A stretch of DNA of 64,000 nt from the sequence record NZ_CP064874.1. One strand, written 5' to 3'. Both the position numbers and the translations under genes were made by a program. Below the pieces are notes generated by a model, which was given only the letters and a program-made list of their open reading frames with translations, ran no database searches and had not been told where the DNA came from. Source of the stretch: a plasmid. Each line of letters starts with the position of its first letter. Position 1 is the stretch's first letter. This document shows positions 36,038 through 46,252 of the stretch, piece after piece.

Positions 36038-37492
36038 ATGCCCCAGAACCACAACGTCGAAGAGCTCACCATCGCTCGCTTCCACGAAGGGATACGCACG
36101 GGGCAGCTGACCTCGCGCGCGCTCACCCAGTGGTACCTCGACCGCATCGCGGCACACAACGTCGACGGGGCCGCGATCAACGCCGTGGTCACGGTCAATC
36201 CGTCGGCGCTCGCCGAGGCGGAGGCGCGGGACGCCGCGTTCTCCGCCTCGGGGCAGCTCACCGGCCCGCTCCACGGCGTCCCGATCCTGGTGAAGGATCA
36301 GGCCGAGACGGCGGGCATCGCCACGTCGTTCGGATCGGCCGCCTTCGCCGATTACATCCCCGAGGCCGACGCGCGGGTCGTCGCGCTGCTGCGCGCGGCC
36401 GGCGCGGTTATCCTCGCCAAGACGGCCATGTGCGACTTCGCGGCCGGCTGGTTCTCGTCGTCGTCGCGGACGGGCCACACGCGCAACGCGTACGACCCGG
36501 CGCGCGACTCGGGCGGGTCCAGCGCAGGCACCGGCGCGGGTGTCTCGGCCGACTTCGGCCTCGTGGGCGTGGGCGAAGACACCGGCGGCTCTATCCGCAT
36601 CCCCGCGTCGTTCAACAACATCTACGGTCTGCGGGTGACGACCGGCCTGATCAGCCGCACCGGGTTCTCGCCGCTCGTCCACTTCCAGGACACCCCCGGT
36701 CCGATGGCGCGCACGGTCGAGGACCTCGCGACGCTCCTCGAGGTGATGGTGGGGTACGACCCCGCCGACGAGTACACGGCGGTGGCCGCCACGGAGCCGT
36801 CGGTCGGCGGATACGCCGCGGCCGTCGTCGACGCGCCGCCCATGTCGCAGTGGTGTGTCGGGGTGCTCGAGACCGCGTTCGGCAGTGGGGGCGACGCCGA
36901 AGAGGTCAACCGGGTGGTGCGCGACGCGATCGCGGCGATGGCGGATGCGGGTGCGACGATCGTCGAGGGCCTCGAGATCGACGGCCTGCCGGAGTGGATC
37001 TCCGACACGTCGGTCTACAGGCAGTCGCGGAGCGACCTGAACCGCTTCCTCGGGTCACGGAAAGGCCCCGTCTCCTCTTTCGATGAGCTGAACGACCTCA
37101 TCCCCGCGATCGCAGCCGGGCCTGAACAGGTCGAGGGCGATGCCGAGGTGACACGCCTCCGCCTCAACCAGGAGCACTTCCGCCGCCTGCTGCGCACGCT
37201 CTTCGCCGACTCGGGTGCCGCCCTGATCGTCTATCCCACCGTGCAGGTGCCGGCGCCGACGCATGACGGGCTCCGCTCGGGCGAGTACACCGCCCTCACG
37301 TTCCCCACCAACACGGTCATCGCCTCGCAAGCGGGCTTCCCCGCCGTCTCGATCCCGGTCGGGTTCACCGAGAGCGGGCTCGCGGTCGGGCTCGAAGTGC
37401 TGGGCACGCCGTTCACCGAGCAGCGCCTGCTGCAGTTCGCGGCTGCCCTCGCCCCGCTCGTCGACGCGCGTCGGGCGCCGGTCCTTGGCTGA
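36038..37492 (+). CDS. Amidase-signature family amidase.
   Basis: 'GGSSAGTGAGV' signature and conserved Ser-cisSer-Lys context; 484 aa. Confidence 0.85.
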   Translation: MPQNHNVEELTIARFHEGIRTGQLTSRALTQWYLDRIAAHNVDGAAINAVVTVNPSALAEAEARDAAFSASGQLTGPLHGVPILVKDQAETAGIATSFGSAAFADYIPEADARVVALLRAAGAVILAKTAMCDFAAGWFSSSSRTGHTRNAYDPARDSGGSSAGTGAGVSADFGLVGVGEDTGGSIRIPASFNNIYGLRVTTGLISRTGFSPLVHFQDTPGPMARTVEDLATLLEVMVGYDPADEYTAVAATEPSVGGYAAAVVDAPPMSQWCVGVLETAFGSGGDAEEVNRVVRDAIAAMADAGATIVEGLEIDGLPEWISDTSVYRQSRSDLNRFLGSRKGPVSSFDELNDLIPAIAAGPEQVEGDAEVTRLRLNQEHFRRLLRTLFADSGAALIVYPTVQVPAPTHDGLRSGEYTALTFPTNTVIASQAGFPAVSIPVGFTESGLAVGLEVLGTPFTEQRLLQFAAALAPLVDARRAPVLG

Positions 37493-37544
37493 CGCGCGGC
37501 CGATGCAGGGGTCGGCGCCGCTCGCACGGCCCGCCCCGCGGAGG

Positions 37545-38282
37545 ATGGACATCAACGCCGATCTCGGCGAGAGCTTCGGCGCGTACCGGTATGGCAACGA
37601 TGACGAGCTGATGCCGCTCATCACGTCCGCCAACATCGCGTGCGGGTTTCACGCGGGCGACCCGGCGAGCATGCGCGAGGCAGTGCGGAGCGCGATCGAG
37701 CACGGGGTAGCGATCGGAGCGCACGTGGGCCTTCCCGACCGGCTCGGCTTCGGCCGACGCGAGATCGACATCAGCGTTGCAGACGCGTACGACTACACCC
37801 TGTACCAGTTGGCCGCGCTCGACGGGTTCGTACGGGCGGCCGGAGCTCGGATGCGCCACGTCAAGCCGCACGGCGCGCTCTACATGATGGCGTCGAAGAG
37901 CCCCGATCTTGCGGAGGGGATCAGTGCGGCCGTCCGCGACTTCGACCCCACGCTGGCGATGTACGTGCTGCCCGGTTCCCACGCCGAGCACGCCGCGGAG
38001 AGCGCCGGGCTTGCCGTACGGCGGGAGTTCTTTGCGGACCGCCCGTACGAGGGCAGCGACGTCGTCATGTTCGGGTGGACCTACGATCAACTCGGCGGTG
38101 AGCAGGGTGCTGCCTCCCGCGTCGCAGCGATGCTGGGCAACCGCGCCTTCGGATCCGTCGAGACGATCTGTGTGCACAGCGATACGGACGAAGCCCCGGA
38201 GCTTGTGCGAGCTGTCCGATCTGCTTTGCGTCACCGGCAGGTCGCGGTCGGGCTGTCCGCACCTCGAGCGGAGGGCGAGTAG
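37545..38282 (+). CDS. pxpA: LamB/YcsF-family 5-oxoprolinase subunit A (PxpA), with no adjacent pxpB/pxpC.
   Basis: 'MDINADLGESFGAYRYGNDDELMPLITSANIACGFHAGDP' N-terminus; ATG 37545 with SD 'GCGGAGG'. Confidence 0.8.
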   Translation: MDINADLGESFGAYRYGNDDELMPLITSANIACGFHAGDPASMREAVRSAIEHGVAIGAHVGLPDRLGFGRREIDISVADAYDYTLYQLAALDGFVRAAGARMRHVKPHGALYMMASKSPDLAEGISAAVRDFDPTLAMYVLPGSHAEHAAESAGLAVRREFFADRPYEGSDVVMFGWTYDQLGGEQGAASRVAAMLGNRAFGSVETICVHSDTDEAPELVRAVRSALRHRQVAVGLSAPRAEGE

Positions 38283-38484
38283 GAGTAACCACAGCGCTCG
38301 ATCCGTCGTTCAGCCGCGTTCCTTTAGCCCACTGGCGCGCAAGAGGCCCGGAATTTCCACTGTCATCTCGCAGGACATCGGTGACACTTCTCGCGGTCTT
38401 GGTGGTAACACTTCGGCCGGTCGTATTGGTAAGTGACCCCTTCTGAGCCTGTTGATTCTCGTGTTCGTCTCGCCATCACGCAGT

Positions 38485-39962
38485 GGCCCGATAACGGGCT
38501 CTTCGGACATTCGGTGGGGGTCATGGGGTGAGTCCGCCGGCGGCGAGGAGCATGCGGAGCCGGTAGTTGTCGCGGTTGCGGAAGCCGCGGGCGAGGCGGC
38601 GGTGCAGCTCGATGATCCCGTTCACGGCCTCAGTGCCGCCGTTCGATGATCGTCCGGTCGTGAAGTAGGCCAGGAACGCGGCTCGCCAGCGGCGGAGGGT
38701 GCGGCCGAGGCGGGCGATCTCGGGGATCGGGCAGGTGTGGAATGTGTCGACGACCTTCTCCGCGATCTGGCGGCCCTCGGCGAGGTCCTTCTGGTGGTAG
38801 GCGGAACGCAGTTGCTGGGCGCACTGCCATGCGACGAACACCTCGTCGTGCGCGGGGTCGGCCTCGATCGCTGCCGCGAGCCTGGTCCGCTGCTTCTCGG
38901 TGAGGTTCTCGGCGCCGGCGCGGAGGATGGTCTGGATCCCGTAGAGCGGGTCGCCGGTCCGACCGCGATGCCCGAGGGTGTCCTGCTGGACGCGGCGGCG
39001 GACCTCGTCGACGGCGGCGGTGCCGAGCTTGACGACGTGGAATGCGTCCAGCACGGCCGTGGCGTCTTCGAGCTGGTCGTCGATCGCGGTCTTGTAGCCG
39101 GCGAACGGGTCAAGAGCCGCGACTTTCACGTTCTGCCGGAACGCTTCGCCGCGTTCGGCGAGCCAGGACGCGTAGGCCTTCCCGGAGCGGCCCGGCACCA
39201 GGTCGAGCAGCCTGGCCCGCGTCTTCCCGTCCGCGTCGCGGCTCAGATCGACCATCCCGGTAAGCTCCTTCGGACCGCGCTTGCGGGGGTCGACGTGATG
39301 CCAGATGTGCTCATCGACACCGAGCGTGGTGACGTTCTCGAATCGGGACTCGTCGGCCGCGAGCCGCTCCAACTCAGGCTCGACAGCGCGCCACACCGTC
39401 TTCCACGACGTGCCGAGCTGACGGGCGATACCGTGCACGGTGGCGTGCTCGCGGCGCAGCTGCCCGATCGCCCAGCCGACGGCGCGCGTGGTGATCGACC
39501 CGCGCCGGGCGACCAGACCCGGGAGCTGCTCCACGAACGTCCGCCGCGCGCATCCCACCTCGTCGCACCGCCAGACCCGCTGCCGCCATACGATCCGCAC
39601 CCGCGTCGTCGCGGGCACATCATGAAGCACCCGTCGACGGCGTCCGCGGCCGGTCGCGACGACCCCACACGAGGGGCAGCCGGTCGGCGCCGCTGGCGTC
39701 GAGACCGTCACCACCAGCAGCCCGTCGCGACGGTCGACGCGCTCGACATGGACATCGGGAAGACCCAGCAGAACGTCGCAGCGGGAACACGGATCAGCGG
39801 CAGAGCGCGCGGAAGCGCACCCCGAAGTAGGGTGAAGCACGTCGAGGTCCTCGTGAAGATCAGACAGTTAGCGCTACTGATCCTCGGGGACCTCGACCCC
39901 TACCCGCCGAACCCCACCCGGCAAGCCTCACCCCCACCGAATGTCCGAAGAGCCCGATAACG
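38485..39962 (-). mobile_element. ISL3-family insertion sequence (~1.48 kb) with 26-bp perfect terminal IRs.
   Basis: IR core CGGGCTCTTCGGACATTCGGTGGGGG (38495-38520) and CCCCCACCGAATGTCCGAAGAGCCCG (39931-39956). Confidence 0.85.
38521..39840 (-). CDS. ISL3-family transposase.
   Basis: 439 aa; N-terminal zinc-finger 'CPSCG', typical ISL3 core. Confidence 0.85.
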   Translation of the reverse strand: MLHPTSGCASARSAADPCSRCDVLLGLPDVHVERVDRRDGLLVVTVSTPAAPTGCPSCGVVATGRGRRRRVLHDVPATTRVRIVWRQRVWRCDEVGCARRTFVEQLPGLVARRGSITTRAVGWAIGQLRREHATVHGIARQLGTSWKTVWRAVEPELERLAADESRFENVTTLGVDEHIWHHVDPRKRGPKELTGMVDLSRDADGKTRARLLDLVPGRSGKAYASWLAERGEAFRQNVKVAALDPFAGYKTAIDDQLEDATAVLDAFHVVKLGTAAVDEVRRRVQQDTLGHRGRTGDPLYGIQTILRAGAENLTEKQRTRLAAAIEADPAHDEVFVAWQCAQQLRSAYHQKDLAEGRQIAEKVVDTFHTCPIPEIARLGRTLRRWRAAFLAYFTTGRSSNGGTEAVNGIIELHRRLARGFRNRDNYRLRMLLAAGGLTP

Positions 39963-40260
39963 CGCCGCGCGGGGCGGTGAGCACGTTCTGTGTCGAGCAC
40001 GGGATCTCCCGCAAGACGTTCTACGCGATCCGTAAGCGCGTCGCCGAGGAAGGGCCTGCCGCGGCGCTCGAGCCGAGGTCGCGTCGTCCGAAGTCGAGCC
40101 CGTCGAAGCTGAGCGACGAGGTCAAACGGCAGGCAATCGGTGTGCCGGCGGCGTTGGAGCAGTCCGGGCTGGACCACGGTCCGATCAGCGTGCACGACAG
40201 GATGCGCACGCTGAGGATGGACCCTGTGCCGTCGACGGCGTCGCTGGCGCGGATCTCCTC
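39941..40260 (+). pseudogene. IS481-family transposase N-terminal fragment (HTH region only), displaced by ISL3 at its 5' end and cut by the IS5-type MITE at its 3' end.
   Basis: 'FCVEHGISRKTFYAIRKRVAEEGPAAALEPRSRRPKSSPSKLSDEVKRQAIGV...GLDHGPISVHDRMRTL'. The apparent ATG lies inside the ISL3 IR. Confidence 0.55.
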
Positions 40261-40329
40261 TAGGCCGTGTTGATCATGAGGGTTCACTCACCCACCGAGG
40301 AGCGGAACCTCTTGATCAACACGCCCTAG
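40260..40329. mobile_element. 62-bp MITE-like IS5-family remnant (both IRs, no interior) flanked by CTAG.
   Basis: GGCCGTGTTGATCATGAGGGTTC ...19 bp... GAACCTCTTGATCAACACGCC, with CTAG at 40260-63 and 40326-29. Confidence 0.55.
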
Positions 40330-41835
40330 GAAGCTGCTGACGTAAAAGCGTGTGTTCGTTCGAGTAGAGGCATCGGCGGCAACTGCTTCGGTCAAGAGAG
40401 CCGAATCGACTCTACGCTGAACGGTTGCTACCCAAAGGTATACGTCCAGACTCAGAGATGGGTTGAAGACCGCTGCATAGTCTGCCTCGTTGTTGAGCAA
40501 TGTCGACGGGCGTGCACGCGCATCATCAGGTCGGCTCAGTCCAATCGCCATCACGGCCTGCCCGAGTGTGGCGATGCTGATGATCTTGTCGGCTGGCTTT
40601 CCGGCGTTCTTGTAGAAGTTCTTTCGGCGGTCGTAGTACCAGCCCTTCGCGGCGAAGTGCGACTCGATCTGGCGGTGGAGATCCTCGGTCGCATGCAGCG
40701 ACGCGTCTGGAACCTTCGTTTGACTGTTGGTCGCTCGGATCACGTCGTCACGAGTGGCCTCGTCGAGGGTCTTGATTACTCTGACCTGGACAGATCGCCG
40801 CTTGTGGCGCTCAAGGTCGACGCCGGTCGCGGTAAGGACATCGTGGATGGCATGCGAGGTCTGCATGCCATTGACGATCTGCACACCCGACAGAGTGAAG
40901 GTCTTCTCCCCGCCGATATTCACCCCTGAACACAGGATCGTTACCCCGTTGTTTAGCCACCAGAAGTCTCGCTCATCGTCGGCTTCGAGAGTTGCCTGCA
41001 TCTGCCTGTTCACGGTGACTGCGCCCTGGAAGTCGCGAACGTTCCAATCGAACAAATGACCGCGGAGTGCCCCCGACTCGTCAGAAAGGAATCGGAAGTA
41101 CTCGGGTAGCGAGACGAGACCGGCATAGGAGTCGCCTTCCGAGATGTAGTCCCGGAACCGGAGCTGGAGGTCATACTCAGGCGTGGCGCTCGCCATCGCC
41201 CACAGCTCCCTCGCGCCCACGAGGCGCGCCTCGACATCTGACCCAATGACCAGCGAGGAGAGCGCCGCGCGGGTGTCGGCGACCTTCTGTGTAACACCCG
41301 CTGACGCGCTCGTGGTGTCGCCGCGTGACACATATGCGAACGTGATCGAGATGCGTGGCGACCGGATACTGAGCAACGTCCACGCCCTGGTAAACAAGCG
41401 AACACGCGCGATGACATCGGCCGAATAGATCCCAGCCAGCTGCTCGTCGGTGAAGTTCAGGTCGAGCAGCTTCTTCGTGCTCGCGTTCACCTTGTCGAAT
41501 GCGTCCTCGCCGAATCCCTCCGAGCGCTTCGCCTGGATGAGCCACAGGGAAATCTCGGCGCCCTTTCTCACTTCGCTCGGCTTGAAGCCGTCCTCAAACA
41601 CGTCAGAGTCCTCGCTGAGGAGGCGGCCGTCGAGGAAGGTGTAGACGGCGTCAAGCCCGCCGTCCAGTCCTCCGCCGATCCTGCCCGCTTCGATCTCCTC
41701 GTCGCTGAGGTTCTGCCCGCTAAGGACCGTCGCAGCAGCGAACACTTCGAACGCAACGTCATCGGGCAGGGGCGTATCTCGACTGTCCTGCGCCGCCTTG
41801 AGGAACTGATCGACAAGGACAACCTCATTGCTCAT
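40288..41835 (-). CDS. AIPR-family abortive-infection protein; the 3' end runs into the MITE-like remnant and may be C-terminally altered.
   Basis: N-terminal 'FLKAAQDSRDT...DDVAFEVFAAATVL...EEIEAGRIGGGLDGGLDAVY' and 'VQIVNGMQT' are AIPR hallmarks. 515 aa; the last ~12 codons lie inside the IS remnant. Confidence 0.75.
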   Translation of the reverse strand: MSNEVVLVDQFLKAAQDSRDTPLPDDVAFEVFAAATVLSGQNLSDEEIEAGRIGGGLDGGLDAVYTFLDGRLLSEDSDVFEDGFKPSEVRKGAEISLWLIQAKRSEGFGEDAFDKVNASTKKLLDLNFTDEQLAGIYSADVIARVRLFTRAWTLLSIRSPRISITFAYVSRGDTTSASAGVTQKVADTRAALSSLVIGSDVEARLVGARELWAMASATPEYDLQLRFRDYISEGDSYAGLVSLPEYFRFLSDESGALRGHLFDWNVRDFQGAVTVNRQMQATLEADDERDFWWLNNGVTILCSGVNIGGEKTFTLSGVQIVNGMQTSHAIHDVLTATGVDLERHKRRSVQVRVIKTLDEATRDDVIRATNSQTKVPDASLHATEDLHRQIESHFAAKGWYYDRRKNFYKNAGKPADKIISIATLGQAVMAIGLSRPDDARARPSTLLNNEADYAAVFNPSLSLDVYLWVATVQRRVDSALLTEAVAADASTRTNTRFYVSSFLGRVDQEVPLLGG

Positions 41836-41895
41836 CGAAGATTCCCGCTTCCTGGTCGCGCTCGACCATCGACACGTTCAGCCAACCTAGCTGTT

Positions 41896-42858
41896 TCACG
41901 ACTCGTCTCTATTCACAGTGTCGGGGCCGAACCACTCGGGCGGGACGCCATCTGCCCACTGCTCCAGGGCCGAGTCGTCGATCGCGTAGTAGCCAGCAAC
42001 AAGGTGGCACGCCTTGTAGAAGATCAGGCAAGCGAGACGCACCTGCCAGGCCACCACGCCACGACCGACGGTCCAGGGTCGACGGGCTACACCGTCAATC
42101 TCTATCGGGATCGACTGCTTGTCGACGGTGAGCAGGGACGGGTGCGAGTAGTCCGAGAGCGAGTCGTAGAGAACCTTTGTCTTTCCCTCGAAGCACAGGT
42201 CTGCGAACGATGCAGCCGCGCCACCAAGGCTCGCCATCCCCTGTCCGGCCACAGTCCAGGTCTCGATCAGATCGGGAGAGGACAGGTCGATCTCAACGGC
42301 GGTCTCGCCGAAGATTGCCCTGGCCTCAGCGATCTTGGTGTCGCGGAGCACCTTCGCACGATTCCCGTGCCCTCTATCGAACTTGCCTGCTGTATACCGC
42401 TCTCGCCGTAGCGAGGAGATCGCCTCCAGGTATAGGCGGGCGACCCGCACCTCGCCGGCTTCCACCTGGACGCGCGGATCGAGCAGCCATGCGGCTCGTC
42501 CCGCGAACTCGAGTTCCGCGCGCACGAGCGGCCATAGCGCCACCGCAACTCGCCGCGCACGGAGCAGCGCCTCGACGGCGAGAAGCTGCTGGCTGATTGC
42601 ATCCACGTACAGCCCGGCGCGCTGACCTGCACCATGTTCGACATTAGCTGGAGCGTCCGGCTTCGCTTCACGAAACTGCCGGGCCTCGGTCGCCGCTGGC
42701 GAGCCGTTGGCGGGGAGTACCGCGAGTCCGCGCGCCATCTCCATCCACGCGAGCACAAGGTGGTGGCAGAGGTCGGCGTACGTATCCAACTCCGCGGCCA
42801 ACTCATCCGGCACGTCAACCCACGCGGTATCATTCTCTATCTCGGGTCCCTGGCTCAT
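41896..42858 (-). CDS. Hypothetical protein, 320 aa; a candidate accessory component of either neighbouring defence system.
   Basis: Clean ORF 7 bp downstream of the DUF499 stop; no domain recognised. Confidence 0.5.
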   Translation of the reverse strand: MSQGPEIENDTAWVDVPDELAAELDTYADLCHHLVLAWMEMARGLAVLPANGSPAATEARQFREAKPDAPANVEHGAGQRAGLYVDAISQQLLAVEALLRARRVAVALWPLVRAELEFAGRAAWLLDPRVQVEAGEVRVARLYLEAISSLRRERYTAGKFDRGHGNRAKVLRDTKIAEARAIFGETAVEIDLSSPDLIETWTVAGQGMASLGGAAASFADLCFEGKTKVLYDSLSDYSHPSLLTVDKQSIPIEIDGVARRPWTVGRGVVAWQVRLACLIFYKACHLVAGYYAIDDSALEQWADGVPPEWFGPDTVNRDES

Positions 42859-42864
42859 CGACCG

Positions 42865-45800
42865 TCAGTCCATCGACCAGTCGTCGTCGCCGAAGCCGAG
42901 GGTCTTGAGGTTCTCGCGGATCGCCGAGCGCTGGTCGTCGCTGAGCTTGGCGAGCTGCTCGGACTCGATGTCGATCGAGACGCGCACCGGGACGCCGGCC
43001 GTGACGAAGTGCGACACGATCTCCTCGTAGATCTGCCCGGCGTCGCGCACGACGCGGTTCACGGTGAGGTTCTTCGTCGCGTGGAATCGCGTTGGCGCGG
43101 TGGCCGCTGCACGCCCGCCCCCCGAACTCGTCGTCGTTCCCGGCGCTCCTGAATCCGTGCCGGGCGACGACGTTCCCGATCCGCCCGTCGCAGTGCCCGT
43201 CCCGCCTTGCTCGCCTTCGCCACTCTGACCCTCGGTGACCCTAGTGTCAGCTTCGATCTGATGGGTCGCGATAACAGGGTCGACGAGCAGCCCTCCTTGC
43301 CGTACAGCAGCAGGAGCCTTCATGGTCAGGCCGCTGAATCTGCCGTCCTCGTACGAGTCGGCGTAGGCGAAGCCGTCGAGTTCCACGACGAGGGCGTCGT
43401 CAAGGTGCCACACGGCGTCGATGACGACCTTCGGCTGCACGACCTTCGGCATGTAGACGTACTGGCTGAAGTACCCGACCAAGACGTCGAGTGGCACGTA
43501 CGGCTTCTCGCGCCACAGGTTCAGCCGGTTGATCTGCATACGGAGAAGTGACGGCGAGAAAGTGCGAACGACGAACTCGCCTGCGTCGGCCTTCTTGGTC
43601 ACGCGCGCAGCGAGTGTGCCGTCGCCGTTCATTAGAATCGACTCCAGCTCGATCTCGGCGGCGCCGGGCTCCTGAGTCGGAACGAGAATCCAGCGGTAGG
43701 CCTCGCGGATCGCGTCCTTCACCGTCTGCTTCTGCTGGGCAACGCGTGACTCGGCGACTTTGATGTTGTGCTGGTCGAGGTTCAGCGAATCGCGGTTCTC
43801 GAGTATGTACTCCCATGCCATCCGCTGGCGCACGGCATTGAGCAGGATGTCGATGCGGTCGACCTCGGGAGCGAGGAAGACGAGAGAGTTCTTGTGGATG
43901 CGCGCGTTGGTGCCGCGCTTCGTCAGGAACTCGATCGCCGCGTCCTCAGCCACGGAGCGCCCGCGCTTCGAGAAGGGACGGTCGGGTCCGAAGATCACGA
44001 GACCGATGCCCGGGTCGTCCTCGACGTCGATGCTGCCGTGCGGCAATCGATGCACGCGCTCGAACAGGCCCTTATCGGTCTCCTGGCGGACGACCTGCGC
44101 CAGCTCGTCGAACACCTGCTCCTCGTGGTAGGAGTCGGCGCGCTCCTGCACGATCTGCGCGACGGTCTGCTGCAGCGACAGCCAGTACCGGTCCTGGTCC
44201 CGGTTCATGTACTTGCCGAGGTCGCCGAGTCGTCGCAAACCGTCAGCGACGTGCGCGGGGTTGTCGCCCGGGTAGGTCGAACCGAGCACTACGCGCTTCT
44301 GTTCGATACCGCGGATGGTCGCGGCGCTGCCGTCGCGATTGCGGAGGTTGGCCATCGGAGCGGTGCCGAGGAACACACAACGAGCGGCGCGTTTGGTCGC
44401 CATGGACCGGCCGAGGATCTTGATGTCGCTGTCCACGATGTTGGCCGTCGAGGTCTCGCCTGCGACGTCAGCGTCCACGATCGGTTTCCAGGAGTCGTCG
44501 AGATGGTTGGCCAACTCGTCGAAGACCTTCGCGTTGTCGAGCGGGATCGAAGCGGGGAGGATCATCGGTGATCGGTCACCGCTCGTCCAGAGGGCGTAGA
44601 CGACCGTCGCCATGAGGCGCAGTACGCCGCGGGTGCGCTGGAAGCGCTCCAGGGTCGACCAGTCCTTGTAGAGCCGATCGAACAGCTCCGGGTGGATCGG
44701 GTAGGCGGTGCGCATCGATGCGCGGTAGCCGGGCTGCATGACCTCGCTTGGCACATCCGAGCCGTAGCGCACGTAGTGGTCCATGTACTTGTGAACGACG
44801 AGGTCGCGCGCGGCGTCTTGTTCTCGTCCGAACGGCTTGAAGATGCGCCGCCTGACGATCTCGAACGACTCCTCGATCGTCGCCGGCTGCCAGGCAGACT
44901 CCAGACGGTGGATCACGGAGCGGAGGTGTCGCAATGCCTCCAGGCCCGCGGTGCCGCCAACCTCGTGCTCGTTCTCGGTCGGCGTCTCGGCTCCCTGCAT
45001 GTCGCGGACGACGTCGGACGCCGGGAGCGAGACTACGAGGAGCGCGGTCGGGACGGCCTTCACTGCCTCGGTCAGCGACTGCACGAAGGTCATGTGGCCG
45101 TCGAACGTCCCGGCGGGCGCGACCTTCTCACGTGACCAGAGCTGGCGCAGATACGCTACCCACTCGTCGATGAGGATGATGCACGGCCCGTACTTCTCGA
45201 AGAGGTCGGCTAACGCGGTGGTCGTTGGTGGCACCGACTGCTCGTCGTACCGCTTCAGGAGTTCGTACCCGTCGACGCCCCCGAGCTGGTACGCCAGCTC
45301 GCCCCACAGTGTGTTGACGGTGATGCCCTCGGGCTTTGGCATCCCCAGGATTGAGAGGTCGTTGCCGACAAGGACCGCACGATTGACGCTGGCGGGAAGC
45401 TCCGCGACGCCAATGCCGTCGAGCAGCTCCCGCATCCCCAGCAGCTGCTCAGCGGGTACTCCTGCTGCTGCGTGGTAGACGGCCAGCAGCGAGTGCGTCT
45501 TGCCGCCACCGAAGGTCGTCATCAGGTCGATGACCGGTTCTCCACCTCCGCCACTGAGGCGCTTGATCGCCTGCTCTAGAAGGTAGCGCAGGCCGCGAGT
45601 GAGGTAGGTGCGACCGAAGAACTCCACAGGGTCGCCGTACTCGGGGCCGGCCACGCCCTGGTGCACCTGACGCAGGTCTGCGGCGAACTGGGCCAACTCG
45701 AACGTGCCGCGGGCGACATCGTCGTGAGGTTCAATGACGTCGCGCCATGCGGGGAGACCAGTCGAGTCGACTTGCACTGAGAGGGCCCGCTCCTGGGCGC

Positions 45801-46251
45801 GCTGGAGCCGCTTCTGGTCCTCCTCGAACATGAGTCGGCGGAACTCTCGACGCATCTCATCGGCCTTGTCCGCGTGCTGAGCAGCACCGATCGACCGGAG
45901 GATGTGCTCGCCGTCCATGAGCACCCGCTCGGTGCGCTCCGACGAGATTCGCTCTCCGTGCGCCCACTCCTTGCGGGCATCCCACAGTGCAGAGATCACT
46001 CGTTTGTCCTCGAAAGTGAGCTGCTCCTTGAAGACCTGATGCCACTGCTTGTCGAAAACCCAGAACAGGTACGCGGGGTCTGTGGGACTCGGTGAGCCGT
46101 CACGCCCGGTGAGGCCAGCCGTTCGCCCGACCTCGGCGGCCCAGCTGCCGCCGTGCTTGGCTTCAAGGAGCCCGATCATCCACGGGCCGAGCCCTTCAAC
46201 CACGAGGTCGAGTACCCGTCCAACGCGTTCCTTGTTTGAAAGTGCCGCCAT
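42865..46251 (-). CDS. DUF499-family AAA ATPase (HEPN-like N-terminus) of the DUF1156/DUF499/helicase defence module.
   Basis: Walker A 'TTFGGGKTHSLLAV'; ~1128 aa from Met-18. The track start 46302 would overlap the methylase 3' end by 50 nt. Confidence 0.75.
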   Translation of the reverse strand: MAALSNKERVGRVLDLVVEGLGPWMIGLLEAKHGGSWAAEVGRTAGLTGRDGSPSPTDPAYLFWVFDKQWHQVFKEQLTFEDKRVISALWDARKEWAHGERISSERTERVLMDGEHILRSIGAAQHADKADEMRREFRRLMFEEDQKRLQRAQERALSVQVDSTGLPAWRDVIEPHDDVARGTFELAQFAADLRQVHQGVAGPEYGDPVEFFGRTYLTRGLRYLLEQAIKRLSGGGGEPVIDLMTTFGGGKTHSLLAVYHAAAGVPAEQLLGMRELLDGIGVAELPASVNRAVLVGNDLSILGMPKPEGITVNTLWGELAYQLGGVDGYELLKRYDEQSVPPTTTALADLFEKYGPCIILIDEWVAYLRQLWSREKVAPAGTFDGHMTFVQSLTEAVKAVPTALLVVSLPASDVVRDMQGAETPTENEHEVGGTAGLEALRHLRSVIHRLESAWQPATIEESFEIVRRRIFKPFGREQDAARDLVVHKYMDHYVRYGSDVPSEVMQPGYRASMRTAYPIHPELFDRLYKDWSTLERFQRTRGVLRLMATVVYALWTSGDRSPMILPASIPLDNAKVFDELANHLDDSWKPIVDADVAGETSTANIVDSDIKILGRSMATKRAARCVFLGTAPMANLRNRDGSAATIRGIEQKRVVLGSTYPGDNPAHVADGLRRLGDLGKYMNRDQDRYWLSLQQTVAQIVQERADSYHEEQVFDELAQVVRQETDKGLFERVHRLPHGSIDVEDDPGIGLVIFGPDRPFSKRGRSVAEDAAIEFLTKRGTNARIHKNSLVFLAPEVDRIDILLNAVRQRMAWEYILENRDSLNLDQHNIKVAESRVAQQKQTVKDAIREAYRWILVPTQEPGAAEIELESILMNGDGTLAARVTKKADAGEFVVRTFSPSLLRMQINRLNLWREKPYVPLDVLVGYFSQYVYMPKVVQPKVVIDAVWHLDDALVVELDGFAYADSYEDGRFSGLTMKAPAAVRQGGLLVDPVIATHQIEADTRVTEGQSGEGEQGGTGTATGGSGTSSPGTDSGAPGTTTSSGGGRAAATAPTRFHATKNLTVNRVVRDAGQIYEEIVSHFVTAGVPVRVSIDIESEQLAKLSDDQRSAIRENLKTLGFGDDDWSMD

Positions 46252-46252
46252 G

